Assembly (NCBI RefSeq): GCF_018350175.1
Contig: NC_058368.1
Location: forward strand, 168,890,001-168,954,000
Source of the DNA: Felis catus
Taxonomy: Eukaryota
Direction: 5' to 3'
Length of the DNA: 64,000 nt
Position 1 is the first letter of the stretch. The number at the start of each line of letters is the position of its first letter. Of this stretch, positions 41,708-54,483 are shown one piece after another. A program made the position numbers and the translations under genes. Below the pieces are notes generated by a model. It had not been told where the DNA came from and ran no database searches. It saw only the letters and a program-made list of their open reading frames with translations.

Positions 41708-43125
41708 CAAAACCATCACTCAGAAATCAGTGGTGTTTTTATACAGTAACAGTGAACAATCCTAAAAGGAAGTTTTCTTTAAATCTTTTCAGAGTAACAT
41801 CAAAAAGATTAAATTACTTAGGACTAAACTTAAAGAGGGACAAGATTTGTACACTGAAGACTATCAAACATTGCTGAAAGAAATTAAAGAAGACACAAAT
41901 AATGGAAAGTCCTCCTGCATTCATGAATTGGAAGACTTAATATTGTTAAAATGTCCATGCTACCTAAAGCCATCCATAGGTTCGATGCACTCCCCACAGA
42001 AATCCAATGGCAGTTTTTTTGGCAGCGATAGGAAAAAAAAATTGTAAAATTTACCTGGAATCTCAAAAGATCCCAAGTAGTCAAACAATCTTGATGAAGA
42101 AGTACAAAGTGGGACGCCTCACACTTCATGATATCAAAATATATTATAAAACTATAGTAATAAACATAATATTATATGGCACAAAGACAGACAGTAGAAC
42201 AATGCAGCAGAATATAGATACCAGAAATAGATCCTGGCATATACAGTCAAATGATTTTTGACAAGGGTGCCAAGACTCCATAGTGGAGAAAGGATAGTCT
42301 CTTTAGTAAATGGTGTTGGAAGTACTGGATATACACAGGCAATAGAATAAAGATGGACCCTTATCTTACACTATACAAAAAACTAACTCAAAATGGATTA
42401 AGGATCTTAATATATAAGACATGAAAATATAAAACTCCTAGAAAAAAATTATCAGGAAAGGCTTCTTGACGTCAGAATGAACAACAATTTCTTGGATATG
42501 ACACCAAAAGCACAGGCAAAAACAGAAATAGAAAAATTGGTCTATATCGAGCTTAAAAATTTGTGCACAGCAAAGGAAACAGTCAACAGAGTGTCGTTAA
42601 CCTACAGAATGGGAAAGAAATTTGCAAACTGTATATCAGATAAGCAGCTAGTATCCAGTATATATTAAAAATTCCTACAAGTCAGTAGCAAAAACCTAAG
42701 TATCTCAATGGAAAAATAAGCAAAGGACTTAAACAGACAAATACTCAAATGGCCGACAAGCATAGGAAAAGATGCTCAATATCACTAATCATCAAGGAAA
42801 TGCAAACAGGAGCTATTACCTCACACCCATTAAGATGGCCACTAACTATCTGGAAAATAACAAATGTTGGCAAGCATGTGGAGAATTTGGAATCCTTGTG
42901 CACTGTTGGTGTGGTTATAATCTGGTGTAGCCACTGTAGAAAACAGTATGGAAAGTCTTCAAAAATTAAAAAGAGAACTCCAATGTGACCCAGCAATTCA
43001 ACTTCTATGTATATATCTGAAAGAATTGAAAATAGTATCTTAAAGAGATATGCACACCCATGTTCATTATAGCATTATCACAATAGCTTACATGTCCACC
43101 AGTGGGTGAATGGATTAAAAATATG

Positions 43126-43129
<4 letters not shown>

Positions 43130-43173
<44 letters not shown>

Positions 43174-43187
43174 TTATATATATATAT
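43130..43187. repeat. (TA)n microsatellite within L1
   Basis: Seen directly in the sequence. Confidence 0.95.
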
Positions 43188-43339
43188 GTTTTTCAGCCTC
43201 AAAGAAGAAGGAAATGCTGTCATATTCTGCAACATGGATGAAATTTGAAGACATTAAACTAAGTGAAATAAGTCAACCCAAAAAGACAAATACTGTATAA
43301 TTCCACTTATGTTAGGTTTTCAAAGTAATAAAACTCCTA

Positions 43340-43470
43340 GGGATGCCTGGGTGGCTCAGTATGTTAAGCATCCGACTTCGGTTCAAGCCATGATCTGTGG
43401 TTCATGAGTTTGAGCCCCATGTCGGGCTCTGTGCTGACAGTGCAGAGCCTGCTTGGGTGTCTCTCTCTCG

Positions 43471-43503
<33 letters not shown>

Positions 43504-43566
43504 CCCCTCCCCCTCTCTCTCCCTCTCTCAAAAATAAACATTTAAAAACTTAATAAATGAATAAGT
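43340..43566 (+). mobile_element. Can-SINE in the L1 3'UTR
   Basis: TSD aaagtaat(a/c)aaactccta. Confidence 0.94.
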
Positions 43567-44163
43567 AAAGTAATCAAACTCCTAGAAACAGAAAGTAGAA
43601 TAGTGAATGCCAGGGGCTGCTGGGAGTGGGAAATGGGAAGTTAGTGAGTAAAGAGTTTCAGTTATGCCAGATGAAAAAGTTCTAGAGATCTGTTATTAAC
43701 AATGTGCATATAGTTAACAATTTTCTACACTTAATATTGTTAAGCAAACAAATTTGTGGTATGTGTTTTTTACCACAACTTTTTAAAACATGAAAAAAGA
43801 GACTCTTCTTTGTTCTGGTTTTTTTTCCAAACACTGACATTTCCAGTTCTTTGCTGCAATGTGTTTTTTTGAAGTATTATTTTTGTAATCTGATAGAAAT
43901 TTTCACAACTTTTGAATGTATTTTTGATCAAAACCTTTGCATAAGTTAAATTCTATGAGTAACATTTATATGAACATATAAGTACACATTTCTAAGTATT
44001 TCAAATAATATTATGTAAAAGGTTTTAACAAAGTAGTCATTGACATCACTGATTTGCAGACCTTAATGTCCCTAAAATACCTAGCCTATGATAATATCAA
44101 TTTCTAACAATATATTTAGCTTTTATAAATACTTTTTGCTTACCAAATTGAAATATGTTTTTT

Positions 44164-44380
44164 TTTAATTTTTTTTTCAACGTTTATTTATTTTTGGGAC
44201 AGAGAGAGACAGAGCATGAACGGGGGAGGGGCAGAGAGAGAGGGAGACACAGAATCGGAAACAGGCTCCAGGCTCTGAGCCATCAGCCCAGAGCCTGACG
44301 CGGGGCTCGAACTCACGGACCGCGAGATCGTGACCTGGCTGAAGTCGGACGCTTAACCGACTGCGCCACCCAGGCGCCCC
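44164..44380 (-). mobile_element. Very young SINEC_Fc
   Basis: Nearly all CpGs intact; perfect TSD tgaaatatgtttttt at 44149 and 44381. Confidence 0.97.
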
Positions 44381-44890
44381 TGAAATATGTTTTTTGCATA
44401 GGTCTTTTTATCCTACATCTCTTTAAAATCTAAGGAAGCTTGAATTGATGCCTTCATTTTTTTCTCTGCAGGTTTCCTGTAGCAGATAGGAACATCAAAA
44501 CAAGCATTCCATTGATTTTTTTTTAACTGCCATCCTAGCATCTAAATATTTAAAGGGTGTTCCAGGAGGCTTTCAAGCTAACTTCTTCTATACCTGATTT
44601 TTCTGTCCATCCTTGCCTTTATACTTTATATAAAAGACAGCTTTGAGAGACCTAAGAAGACACAAAATGGAGAAGTGAGTAGTTTAACATGAAGTAAGGA
44701 GAGAGACAAGACAGTGGAACTTCTTTGCCTTGGTGGCAGACAGTGTAGTGTGGATGGGAGAGTGACAGGGGATTTACCATCTCATCATATGTATTTTTGC
44801 ATGTGTGAATATGTTCATAAGCCTTAGGAATAAAATGAGTTGGTGAATCTACCTTTCTAGCTTTCTCATTGAGCAATAAACCATGTCACT

Positions 44891-45035
44891 CTTCTCTTAA
44901 AAACTGAGAATAAACTGATGGTTGATCGGGGGTGGGAGGGAGGGGAAAGTGGGTGATGGGCATTGAGGAGGGCACCTGTTGGAATGAGCACTGGATGTTG
45001 TATGAAAACCAATTTGACAATAAATTTCATGATAA
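44891..45035 (+). mobile_element. Severely 5'-truncated felid L1 3' end (about 145 bp)
   Basis: gggtgatgggcattgaggagggcacctgttggaatgagcactgg...aatttgacaataaa; TSD aaaccatgtcact at 44878 and 45036. Confidence 0.9.
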
Positions 45036-45185
45036 AAACCATGTCACTACTGAGCTCTGTTGCAATAAACACGTAGTGAAGATTAAAATCTTGGTTGAAA
45101 GTAGACAAAGCAACCATAGGAATCATTTAAATGAAGGGGACTAAAGCTGTATGAAATACTCAGCAATAAATATCTTAAAATAAAT

Positions 45186-45395
45186 GTTGACAAACTTTCC
45201 CTGTAAAGGGCCAGATAATAAAATGTTTAGGCTTTGAGGGCCATACAGTTGCTATTGCAACTCTGCTGTCATAGCATGAAAGCATCTATAGACAATATGT
45301 AAAGGAATGAATGTGGTAGTTTCCCACTAAAGCTTTATTTACAAAAATAGGCTAGAGGCTGGTTTTGGCCTCCAGACATGGTTTGCAAACACTGG
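45186..45395. mobile_element. MER58A-like hAT-Charlie MITE
   Basis: caaactttccctgtaaagggccagataataaaatgtttaggcttt...ctttatttacaaaaatagg...tttgcaaacactg. Confidence 0.85.
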
Positions 45396-46959
45396 CCATA
45401 GAATATCAATAATATCAACAAAATCACCACCATAAAAATAAAAGGTAAATTCAGTTTCCTCCTCCATGATATGAAAAAGCTGATTATCTCCCAAGTGCCT
45501 TCTAGTACTGACATCCTGAGAGTTTGTGAAAGTTGACTCTGGCATCTGTTGTGGCAATTTCCATAATGTCTGGCAAGATTATAGCTGGTGTCTTTTGAAC
45601 CAGCAAGTTAAACATACTGTGAAATGGACTCCTTTATTTCATAGATCTGTTATCATGATTGCTATTGAGTTATGTTCTCAAAGAGCATCTGCAGAGGAGA
45701 AATGCAAAAGGTTCCCACTATTCTGCAGTGTTAGCAGAATATGGCTATTAAGGAACTTTGTCGGAGAAGACTAATGTCATGTATTAACCCAGACTGGGAA
45801 AACCATACACTCAGCTCTGCTTTTGGCCTAGCTGAATTATGTTACTTAGGTAGCAAGCTATTCCGAAAGTGCTGCTTTAAAAAGAAAATGGAATTAAGAA
45901 AGCCAGTATATTCTTATAGTCATTTTCAGTTATTCAGTGTTTTCCTCATCTTCACAGACCCATTTATAGTTTTTTTACAGAGTCTTTTCAGATCTAATGC
46001 TTTAGTCTTTATTTGGATAGTTCTTAATATAATAAGCCCTCATCACCTCAACTGACAAATAGAGCATTCTCCTGGCTAATATCTTTCTGTCCTGTCCATC
46101 TCTTTCTGAGTATACCCTACATGCAGCAGTCATTATCCTCTGCTTTGGTGTTTGTGTTGATGCTTTCTTCTTCAAGGACTTGTTTTGGCTTCTCTCCTAT
46201 TATATAAAATCTGTTCTGTATTTCATAGAAAACAGGCTGCATCAGCATTCATTGTTTGTGATTGTCATACATATTTTTCCCCTTATTTTTGATGGTCCAG
46301 CTAACAGCCATAACTTTCATCACTACAGGCTAAAGAGAAAAAAGTTTATTATTTTTAATAAAAACTCTGAACGATGACATAAATGGGTCCCCCAAAACAG
46401 CTCTCTATAATGTAATAGTTGCTTTATTATCCTATTTAAATTTATAAGTGAACATAATTAAACCAAACTTCTCAGGAATAAATTTATATCCTAAAAAGCA
46501 AGAGTAATGAATTATATATTTTATATATCACTAGGGACTGATATCTCTTAATTTAACAGACTTTGAAGTTATTTGATGATAAATTAAGATCTCTACACAA
46601 TTCAATGACAAGAAGTCATTAGTGGTTTAGCCCTGATGGTCCCTTTTCTCTAATGACAAATTGATAAATAAATTAGTGTTCTTCTTTATGTAATCATCTC
46701 TGAGTTTGTTTAATGTGATCAGTTCTTCCCAGTCCCATGAATATGAAAGAATAGATATGATCACATTTTCCCAGCATAGAGTAAGAATTCTTTTGAGAAA
46801 GTTCTATTGAAAAGAATAGCCCTCTATCCTCCTAAAAATTGGCTGCAAGCAGTAATAAGCACTGCTATTTATTGTTGCCTACTTGTTCCATATATTTAAC
46901 ATACATTACCTTTTTAAATTCTCAATAATCTTCCAATACAGGTATTATTTAATCCATCA

Positions 46960-47430
46960 GGAATCTTTGAGTTGGTAGTACAGAGATACATTACAAATTA
47001 GGGAGATTTTATTAGTTCACTTAATTGAAAAATCTAGAGGGAAGTCACTGTTCAGGCATTGTTTGATCCAGTGGCTCAAATATGTCACCAAAAACTATTC
47101 TCTTACCTTAACTTTGTTCTGGTTTTCATGATGATTGCTTCACCCACCCCTAGTCTGCCAGTCGCCATGGTACTACATGCTCTTATATGCTTCCAGTTTT
47201 ATTCCCAGCCCACCCCCAACCCTTAAGCATTTCCTTGTATCTCAGTGGCCCAAATTAAGCCATATGTCTATCCCTGAACCAGTCACTTGGGCAGGGGAAT
47301 AGGCTTCATGGATTGGGTGAAGCCACTCTAGGACCATCTTTAATGTTGAGGGTGAGGTGAATACTTTCCAAAATGGGAGAAGGGCAGGAAAGTGAGGTAA
47401 GGGAAAACACATATATGACAAACAACCAGT
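46960..47430. mobile_element. Old MaLR (MLT1) LTR
   Basis: ttcaggcattgtttgatccagtggctcaaa..., catatgtctatccctgaaccagtcac. Confidence 0.6.
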
Positions 47431-47519
47431 CCCTACTACATCTCTTTCTTTCTTGAGATATAAAATAGCTTGAGCAAAAATAAGAAGTTGTAGTAGTATA
47501 ATATGGTGTTCTAGGCATG

Positions 47520-47690
47520 GGCTTCATGTTTTAGATACATTTTAGTCTTCAAAACCATCTTGAGAAATAAGTGCACTTAATCCTTGTTTTAAAGAAGCTT
47601 AGAAAAACAACTTCCCCAAGGCCTCCCAGTTAATCAGACCTAGGTCAGTCTGACTTCAATATCCAGGTTCTTTTCATGATGTCATGCTCT
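47520..47690. mobile_element. MIR fragment
   Basis: aacttccccaaggcctcccagttaatcag...taggtcagtctgacttcaa. Confidence 0.55.
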
Positions 47691-50169
47691 CTCCCCAGTA
47701 ACCCAAAAGTTGGCTATAAAAACATATTAAGTATTGTCTTAGAAATTTATCACTGGTGGAAAATTTTAGAAAATAATTCATCCTATCTTCATTTAATGTG
47801 CAATATACCTACATAGAAATAATCCTTTTACGACAGATTTACAAAGGGGTGTTAATATCTTGTTTTGCCTGCTTTGAACACCAAGATCCTTATTGCAGTG
47901 GTCAAGTATGGTACTCTATGCTCTATGCATATATGCAAACACACGTACATATACATCTACATATATATACATGCATACACATATAAATATCTGTACCACA
48001 TACATGATTATTACATATATCACAAATTCTAAGAGAGGTTCTTTAACTTGGCCCTTAATGAAAATTATAGGAGAATGAATTCAAAGAAACAGACACTATC
48101 TTCTACAGTAACTGACAGTGAATACTGAAAATTCTATCATCTGATGTCACCCTCTAGTTCTTCTTCACTTAACAGTAGTCATCAAGTATTGTGCCTAGGG
48201 GAACATTTCTGGCTCTGTCTGAATTATTTCCTGGGTATCCTACCTTTAATCTCATACTCTATCCCCTGGGGGTTGACTTCTTGCTTCAGGGTTCTTAATG
48301 CTAACACTTGCCCAAGGCTCAGGCTTTCAGTGCTGAATCACAATTACTTAATTTTTATTGAAGGCTTGGCTTCTGTGCAGTGACCTGCAAGAAGCTGACG
48401 AGGGCTGCGGAATGGTGGTTTTCCTTCTTCACTTAAGATCATTCTGTGTCTTGAATAACTAGAAACTGGAAATAAATTTAAAATTTACTTTAATGATTTA
48501 ATGATTTTAGGCAAGACATTTCTCTAAGGCAGAAAGAAATATTGCTGGATTAACTAAGAGGCAATCAGACAGTCCTTTGTATCTTTGGCTGTGTCACAGC
48601 ATTGGGAAAGAGCTGTATGTCACTGTGCTTTCTAGTACTTTACCTTTATTGACTTGGCATCACTTTTCAGGCAACTTGGAATGCTATTTAAGTGTTGTCA
48701 TTTCTTTATTATATAATGCATTTATTGTTTTACAGTTTTATGTACCAAGGACTGATTGTCTTTTTGCAAATCATTTTTTTTAAATGATGCAATTTTTAAG
48801 GCATTAGTGTTACGAAGTGTCTATCAAGATGAGCTCAGTCTTAAAGCACTAAGTTTTATTGTTGGAATTTAAAGAATTTTACAGCATCCATCCGGTGCCA
48901 TTGATAAAAAATGTGGTATTATCCCTTTCTAAACATTATTTTAACATTTAACAAGTACTTAAAAAGTACAGTTCTCACCATTGGAGAGAAGTACTGGAGA
49001 AGAAATGTTAAAATTAATGAAAAAAGATTGTCTTCCTGGGAAGCCTAGAAGCTGCAAGAAGGGATACCTACACATTGTTTACTTGTTCATTCAAGAAATG
49101 TTTATTGAGGTATTATTACATGCCAGACATGATGTGGTAGGCTCTGAAATTATAATATTGGGCAACAGAGGCACAATTCTCTTCACAGGATTTACAGCTT
49201 GAGGCAGGGGTTAGTGGGTAAAGGAGGTTCACTGAAGGGGTAGATTTTAAAAGAACAGGAGGCAGATGGAAAAGTGCTGAATATGAGCGAACTTTGGAAA
49301 GAAATAGTAGGATTCCACAGAATACTGGGGTTATGTCATATGCTGCTTTAAATCACGTTCCAGAAAAGCTCTTTTCATTGGGAAGCTATTCCAAAGCTTA
49401 AACAAAATGCTGTATGGTTTCAAGAGCAGAAGTCTGCACTTTTTCTAAAATAGGCCAACATATATCTAACAAAAGAATTAATATATGTAAATATTGGTGC
49501 AAGTAATAACTTGAGCTAAAAATTGATTTCACATCCACTTAATTGGTATACCTATTAAAGTTGAGAAATTAGTGCTTAATTTTGCTGTCTACTGTTGCTT
49601 TCTGTTGCTCAAAAAATTAAGTTAAGCTTGATAGAGACTATTTCAATAATCTTCCTAGTAATTTAATACATTTGATATTCTCTTTAGAAGAACAGAACAA
49701 ACTAAATTATCTGACACAGTTAAGATTATTTTTAAGCATATAGCTATTGATTTTGTAAAGGGCCCACCTAAATTTGTGTAACACTTGATGTGTGAATAAA
49801 AGAAGTTAGAGAAACACAGCATACATTATAAGTAGAGTTAGGCAAGTGTTTATTTTCCAGGTACTCTCATTAAAGAAAAAGCCATTAAGTCTTCACCTCT
49901 AGAGTTTTTCTATTTAAGGAAGCCTGGATCCCTGGTGAAGAGGATTAAAAAGTTTAGGAAATGGCAATTAAAATGCTAATCCCTCTTGCAAAATTCTGGC
50001 TTAAAATCTGAGCCTAATAGAAAGAGAAAGTGGAAATTATTGTTTTTAGAGAAATTTCTTTCTAATATATTTAACTTTTAAAAATGCAATACACTATACA
50101 TTAACAAGGAAGGATAATCAGGCCTTCATATAATCTTTAATGCCATATGAAGAATGAATACACAGTTTA

Positions 50170-50798
50170 AGGGTCACTGGCGATAGGTGGCTCTTGAGCT
50201 TTTGAAATGTGGCTATTGCTTCTAAAAATACTGAATTTTGAATTTAGTTTAATTCTAATCCCCTTAAAATGGGGAGGATTCAGTTAGAAAAATTTAAAAA
50301 TGTTTGAAATATTTGAGATGTCCCATGAAATGTGAAATAAACAACATATTTTAAAGACTTAGGATGATAAAATATAAAATAAAAACTATAGTTTTTTAAT
50401 GATACATATTGATATAGTATATTTTGGGTTTATTGGACTAAAGAAAAAATACATTATTAAAATGGATTTCACTGTTTGGTTGTTAGTGTTACCTTTCTAA
50501 ATGTAGCTACCAGAAAATTGAAAATTACTGTGTGTTATATTTCTCTTTTTTTCAAAACTTTTTTTAAAGTTTATTTATTTATTTTGAGAGAGCATGAGCA
50601 GGGGAAGGGCAGAGAGAGAGAGGGAAAGAGAGAATCCCAAGCAGGCTCTACACTATCAGTGCAGACCCAACGCAGGGCTCAGACTCAGGAACCGAACCAT
50701 GAGATCATGACCTGAGCTAAAACCAAGAGTTGGACATTTAACTGACTGAGCCACCCGGGCTCCCTTGCGTGTTTTTTTTCTTTTGGATCATGCTGGTT
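50170..50798. mobile_element. MER33/MER3-like hAT element, interrupted near its end by a SINE
   Basis: gtggctcttgagcttttgaaatgtggcta, attattaaaatggatttcac, aatgtagctaccagaaaattgaaaattac. Confidence 0.65.
50557..50764 (-). mobile_element. Can-SINE
   Basis: tttatttatttattttgagaga...gactgagccacccgggctccc. Confidence 0.92.
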
Positions 50799-51320
50799 TA
50801 AAGAGTTGCTCGAAGACATTGTTGAAATCCATCTGATGCACAAACTACAATCTGGCTCAGCAGTTCAATCATCAAAATCATTGCCCCCCTCCCCCTCTAC
50901 CATCAGTGACTTCATAATCATAAGGAGTCAGTGAATCTGATAACTAATTTGGTATCATTTACATTTTAAACTGCTAATAATTACAATCTTTTATTTGGTA
51001 TCAGAGGAAACAAAATTTCACAGAAAATTTTACCCGGGCAAATTGGTGAGAAATGGCAACAGCGAAATTGTATGATTTTGTTTGAATATTATTGCATGCT
51101 GGATAACAAACAGTGTGAAGCATTTAAAGGGCTTAACCTGTATGTAGGAAAGTTTATGGTACCTGATAGATGTGCTGTTTTCATACTTTGTTTTATGCTC
51201 ATGTCAAACAAAATGGGTAAAAAGCATGGCCAGATGTGTAAAGCTTTTTGTTCTGCTGGGTATCTCTCGTAAGCAGTACCTCATGATTTTATCTCATTGT
51301 TCATCTCTCAATTCTTCTAG

Positions 51321-51444
51321 GAGGTGATTTCCTCTCCTTTCTGAGAAAGAAGAAGGATGAACTAAAACTCAAGCAGCTAGTGAAATTTTCATTAGATGCT
51401 GTTTCTGGTATGTCCTATCTCGAGAGTAAAAACTGTATACACAG
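51321..51444 (+). CDS. FER: FER coding exon (124 nt; approx. exon 17), (G)[40 protein letters not shown](R)
   Basis: Acceptor ctctcaattcttctag| and donor CAG|gtaagg. In frame with the previous exon; ends at the HR of the HRD catalytic loop. Not in the ORF track. Confidence 0.97.
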
Positions 51445-52358
51445 GTAAGGAGAATATTTTCTTAAACATTTTCCAGTTTTATAAATAGAACGCTAGAAAA
51501 GTGACATTACAGCAATACAGTACAGCATGAAGTTCTTTCACAAAACTTACGTATTTTCTTGTTGATTTTCATATTTTGTGGGTTTTCATATTTTGTGTGA
51601 AAGCCTTCTTTGATAGTTTTTGATATAATTTACAGAAATACTTACCTGAGGTAAGTACACCTAATTAGACAATGAGTTTCTTACTGATTAAAATCTGTTA
51701 TATTACAATCATGAATGAACTAGTGATAAGATGTGCCACAAGTTAGTCACATAATCACCTACAGTCTTAGAGCCAAATAAGATTGTTTCCTGTGCTCCCT
51801 ATTCTCATTTTACAAAGAAATTACTAATAAATTATAGCCATGGAAGAACATAATAGTAAAACAACAATTCATGAGAGTGAATTTGGCCAAGGGTAGAAGA
51901 TATTAGCATAATAGTTATTTCAAAGGAGATTTTAGAAAACTTTACCTAATTACATTAAGAGCAGTGACTTGGTTTTAATGCTTTTATAGATCGTGGTTTT
52001 AGTTGCTTGTAGCCGAAAATGTTCTTTACTGCTACATGTCAATACAACTTAACATCTCTTGGAGAATTCATGTCAGATCCTAAGTACGGCTAAGTCTATT
52101 TAAGCAAAATAAAGTGGGGCATTGATGTGGTTTTTATTCACTGGAAGCAGCACATCATACTGTTGAACATGGAACAGAGTTCATTGTCAGATTGAACTGG
52201 TGTGGACTTTCTCTAAATTGGTTCAATTATTGAACTATATTTTTCTCTGATGTGTTTCATTATGCAGGCTTTGCTTAATGTTCTGAAGTTGTAGAATGTA
52301 TAATTATAGCAGACCAAAGGTACCTTCACCTAAAATTTATATTTATTTGATCTCACTG

Positions 52359-52923
52359 TGTCAGTGGCATGACCCATCTGCTCCCCACCCTTACCCCCAC
52401 CCCCTGCTTCAGTTTGTAAGTTTGCCGAGAATTCATAGCCAGACTCTCAAGTAAGCAAGGGTTTAATAGCAATTAAAGCAAAAGTATACTCTAAAGGTAG
52501 GAGAGTAGGCAGGCCCAGAGGTGGCAGCTGCACCAGGGGTCAAGGTTGTCTTTTCTTTTTATGTTTGCAAGCTATAGGGGTCATAGCGAGGGTGGTCTCT
52601 GATGGCATTGCCTCCTATCATCTAAGGGTCTCCTCCTACAGATTGGGAGGTGATGTCTTTGGTTTTACATGATCCTTATATGAACTGTCATGGAAGCATC
52701 CCTCTGAAAGGAGGGGGGTCAAAACCACAATGTAAATGTATTATCATGAACCTATAGGTTACTGTAGGGCAACAGCTATAGGGAAGAGCACATGTGTTTC
52801 CCCTCCCCGCCCCCCAGGGGGGTGGTTTCCTGGCTGTTTGAAACTTGGTTTTGGCCCTTCTGAACAATCAGAAAACTACCTGCTCTCTCCCTGCTTGTGT
52901 CTAGCTAACTGCCTACTCTATCA
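52359..52923 (-). mobile_element. ERV1-type solo LTR (565 bp)
   Basis: TG...CA termini; the minus strand starts tgatagagtaggcagttagctagac; 5-bp flanks cactg/aactg (one mismatch). Confidence 0.75.
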
Positions 52924-53559
52924 AACTGATTAGTTAATTTTTTCAAAAAATTCTCCTATATACCCAATTTTATTCTAAAACTAAAATTATGGCTTATGTT
53001 TCCAATATAGTTCGACAATTGCATACATTTTAAAACACATTTCAGTAGAGATATTATATATCTGGAAATTAAGACAACTAAAACTAAGCCACTGTCCTTG
53101 TATTTCTAGGACTATAGATCAAATCACATTATAATAGGTATTTTTAAATATTTTTAAAAAGTATTTGATTTTGGACAAGAATTGCATTATCATTAATTTC
53201 ATTGGAAGAAGAAAATGTTTTTTGTTGCAAGCAGCAAGGATTTTCTTCTTCATTTAGAGAAAGTCTTATTATTTTGGTTGCTCAGGTATTAAAGCTACTT
53301 CAGGTATCAAATTCTCGACTGTAGTTACTCATTTTGTCTCAGATTTTTTTCAAGCCATTAGACTATAGCTTGAAATTCTAATGAATAAACAGTACTGAAA
53401 CTGCTTAATTGTCAGTTAGTTACCAGTAACAGTCTTCAATTTCTAGTGCATTGTGGTTGAGGGAACTGTTGTTTTAATTTCTTGCTACTTTTGTAGTGAT
53501 TGCTTTTCTTGAAAATAGATGACTGTATTTTTTTCACGCTTTATTATTTATTTATTTAT

Positions 53560-53780
53560 TATTTAAAAAAATTTTTTTAAGGTTTTGTTTTTTTAAGATG
53601 GAGAGAGACAGAACATGAGTGGGGATGGGGCAGAGAGAGAGGGAGACACAGAATCTGAAGCAGGCTCCGGGCTCTGAGCTGTCAGCACAGAGCCTGACAT
53701 GGGGCTTGAACTCTTGAACTGCAAGATCATGACCTGAGCTGAAGTCACACGCTCAACCGACTGAGCCACCCAGGCGCCCC
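53560..53780 (-). mobile_element. Can-SINE inserted into an L1 polyA tail
   Basis: Ends gccacccaggcgcccc; T-rich tracts on both sides. Confidence 0.94.
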
Positions 53781-54483
53781 TGATTTATTAATTTTTTAAT
53801 TTGCATCCAAGTTAGTTAGCATAGAGTACAACAATGATTTCAGGAGTAGATTGCTTAATGCCCCTTACCCATTTAGCCCATCCCCCCTCCCACAACCCCT
53901 CCAGCAACCCTCTGTTTGTTCTCCATATTTAAGAGTCTCTTATGTTTTGTCCCCCTCCCTGTTTTTATATTATCTTTGCTTCCCTTCTCTTATGTTCATC
54001 TGTTTTGTATCTTAAAGTCCTCACATGAGTGAGCTCATGTGATATTTGTCTCTCTAATTTCACTTAGCATTATATCCTCTAGTTCCATCCACGTGGTTGC
54101 AAATGGCAAGATTTCATTCTTTTTGATTGCCGAGTAATACTCCATTGTATGTATATGTACATATATTTATATGTACGTATATACATCAATAGTGCTGCTA
54201 TAAACATTGGGGTTCATGTGTCCCTTCGAAACAGCACACCTATATCCCTTGGATAGACACCTAGTAGTGCAATTGTAGGGTCGTAGGGTAGTTCTATTTT
54301 TAATTTTTTGAGGAACCTCCATATTGTTTTCCAGAGTGGCTGCACCAGTTTGCATTCCCACCAGCAATGCCAAAGAGATCCTCTTTCTCCACATCCTCGC
54401 CAACATCTGTTGTTGCCTGAGTTGTTAATGTTAGCCATTCTGACAGGTGTCAGGTAGTGTCTTATTGTGGTTTTGATTTGTAT
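53781..54483 (-). mobile_element. 5'-truncated felid-type L1, same subfamily as 5072-6045
   Basis: ORF remnant [39 protein letters not shown] gatgactgta brackets L1 plus SINE (about 53518 and 54486). Confidence 0.93.

Larger units (their letters stand above)
41050..43798 (+). mobile_element. L1 (late L1MA/MB-like), ORF2 3' half and 3'UTR, carrying two SINE insertions
   Basis: gatgcagaaaaagcatttgacaaaattc ... ORF remnant MYTEDYQTLLKEIKEDTN ... ttttaccacaac plus A tail. Confidence 0.9.

Noticed and set aside
41847..43300. L1 ORF2-like ORFs (also at 5322-5797 and 54167-54438)
   Set aside because: Fragmented by stops and frameshifts and 5'-truncated, so no active L1.
51638..51648. U1 snRNA gene or pseudogene
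   Set aside because: Only the first 11 nt match and no U1 body follows; reported instead as a splice-site palindrome.
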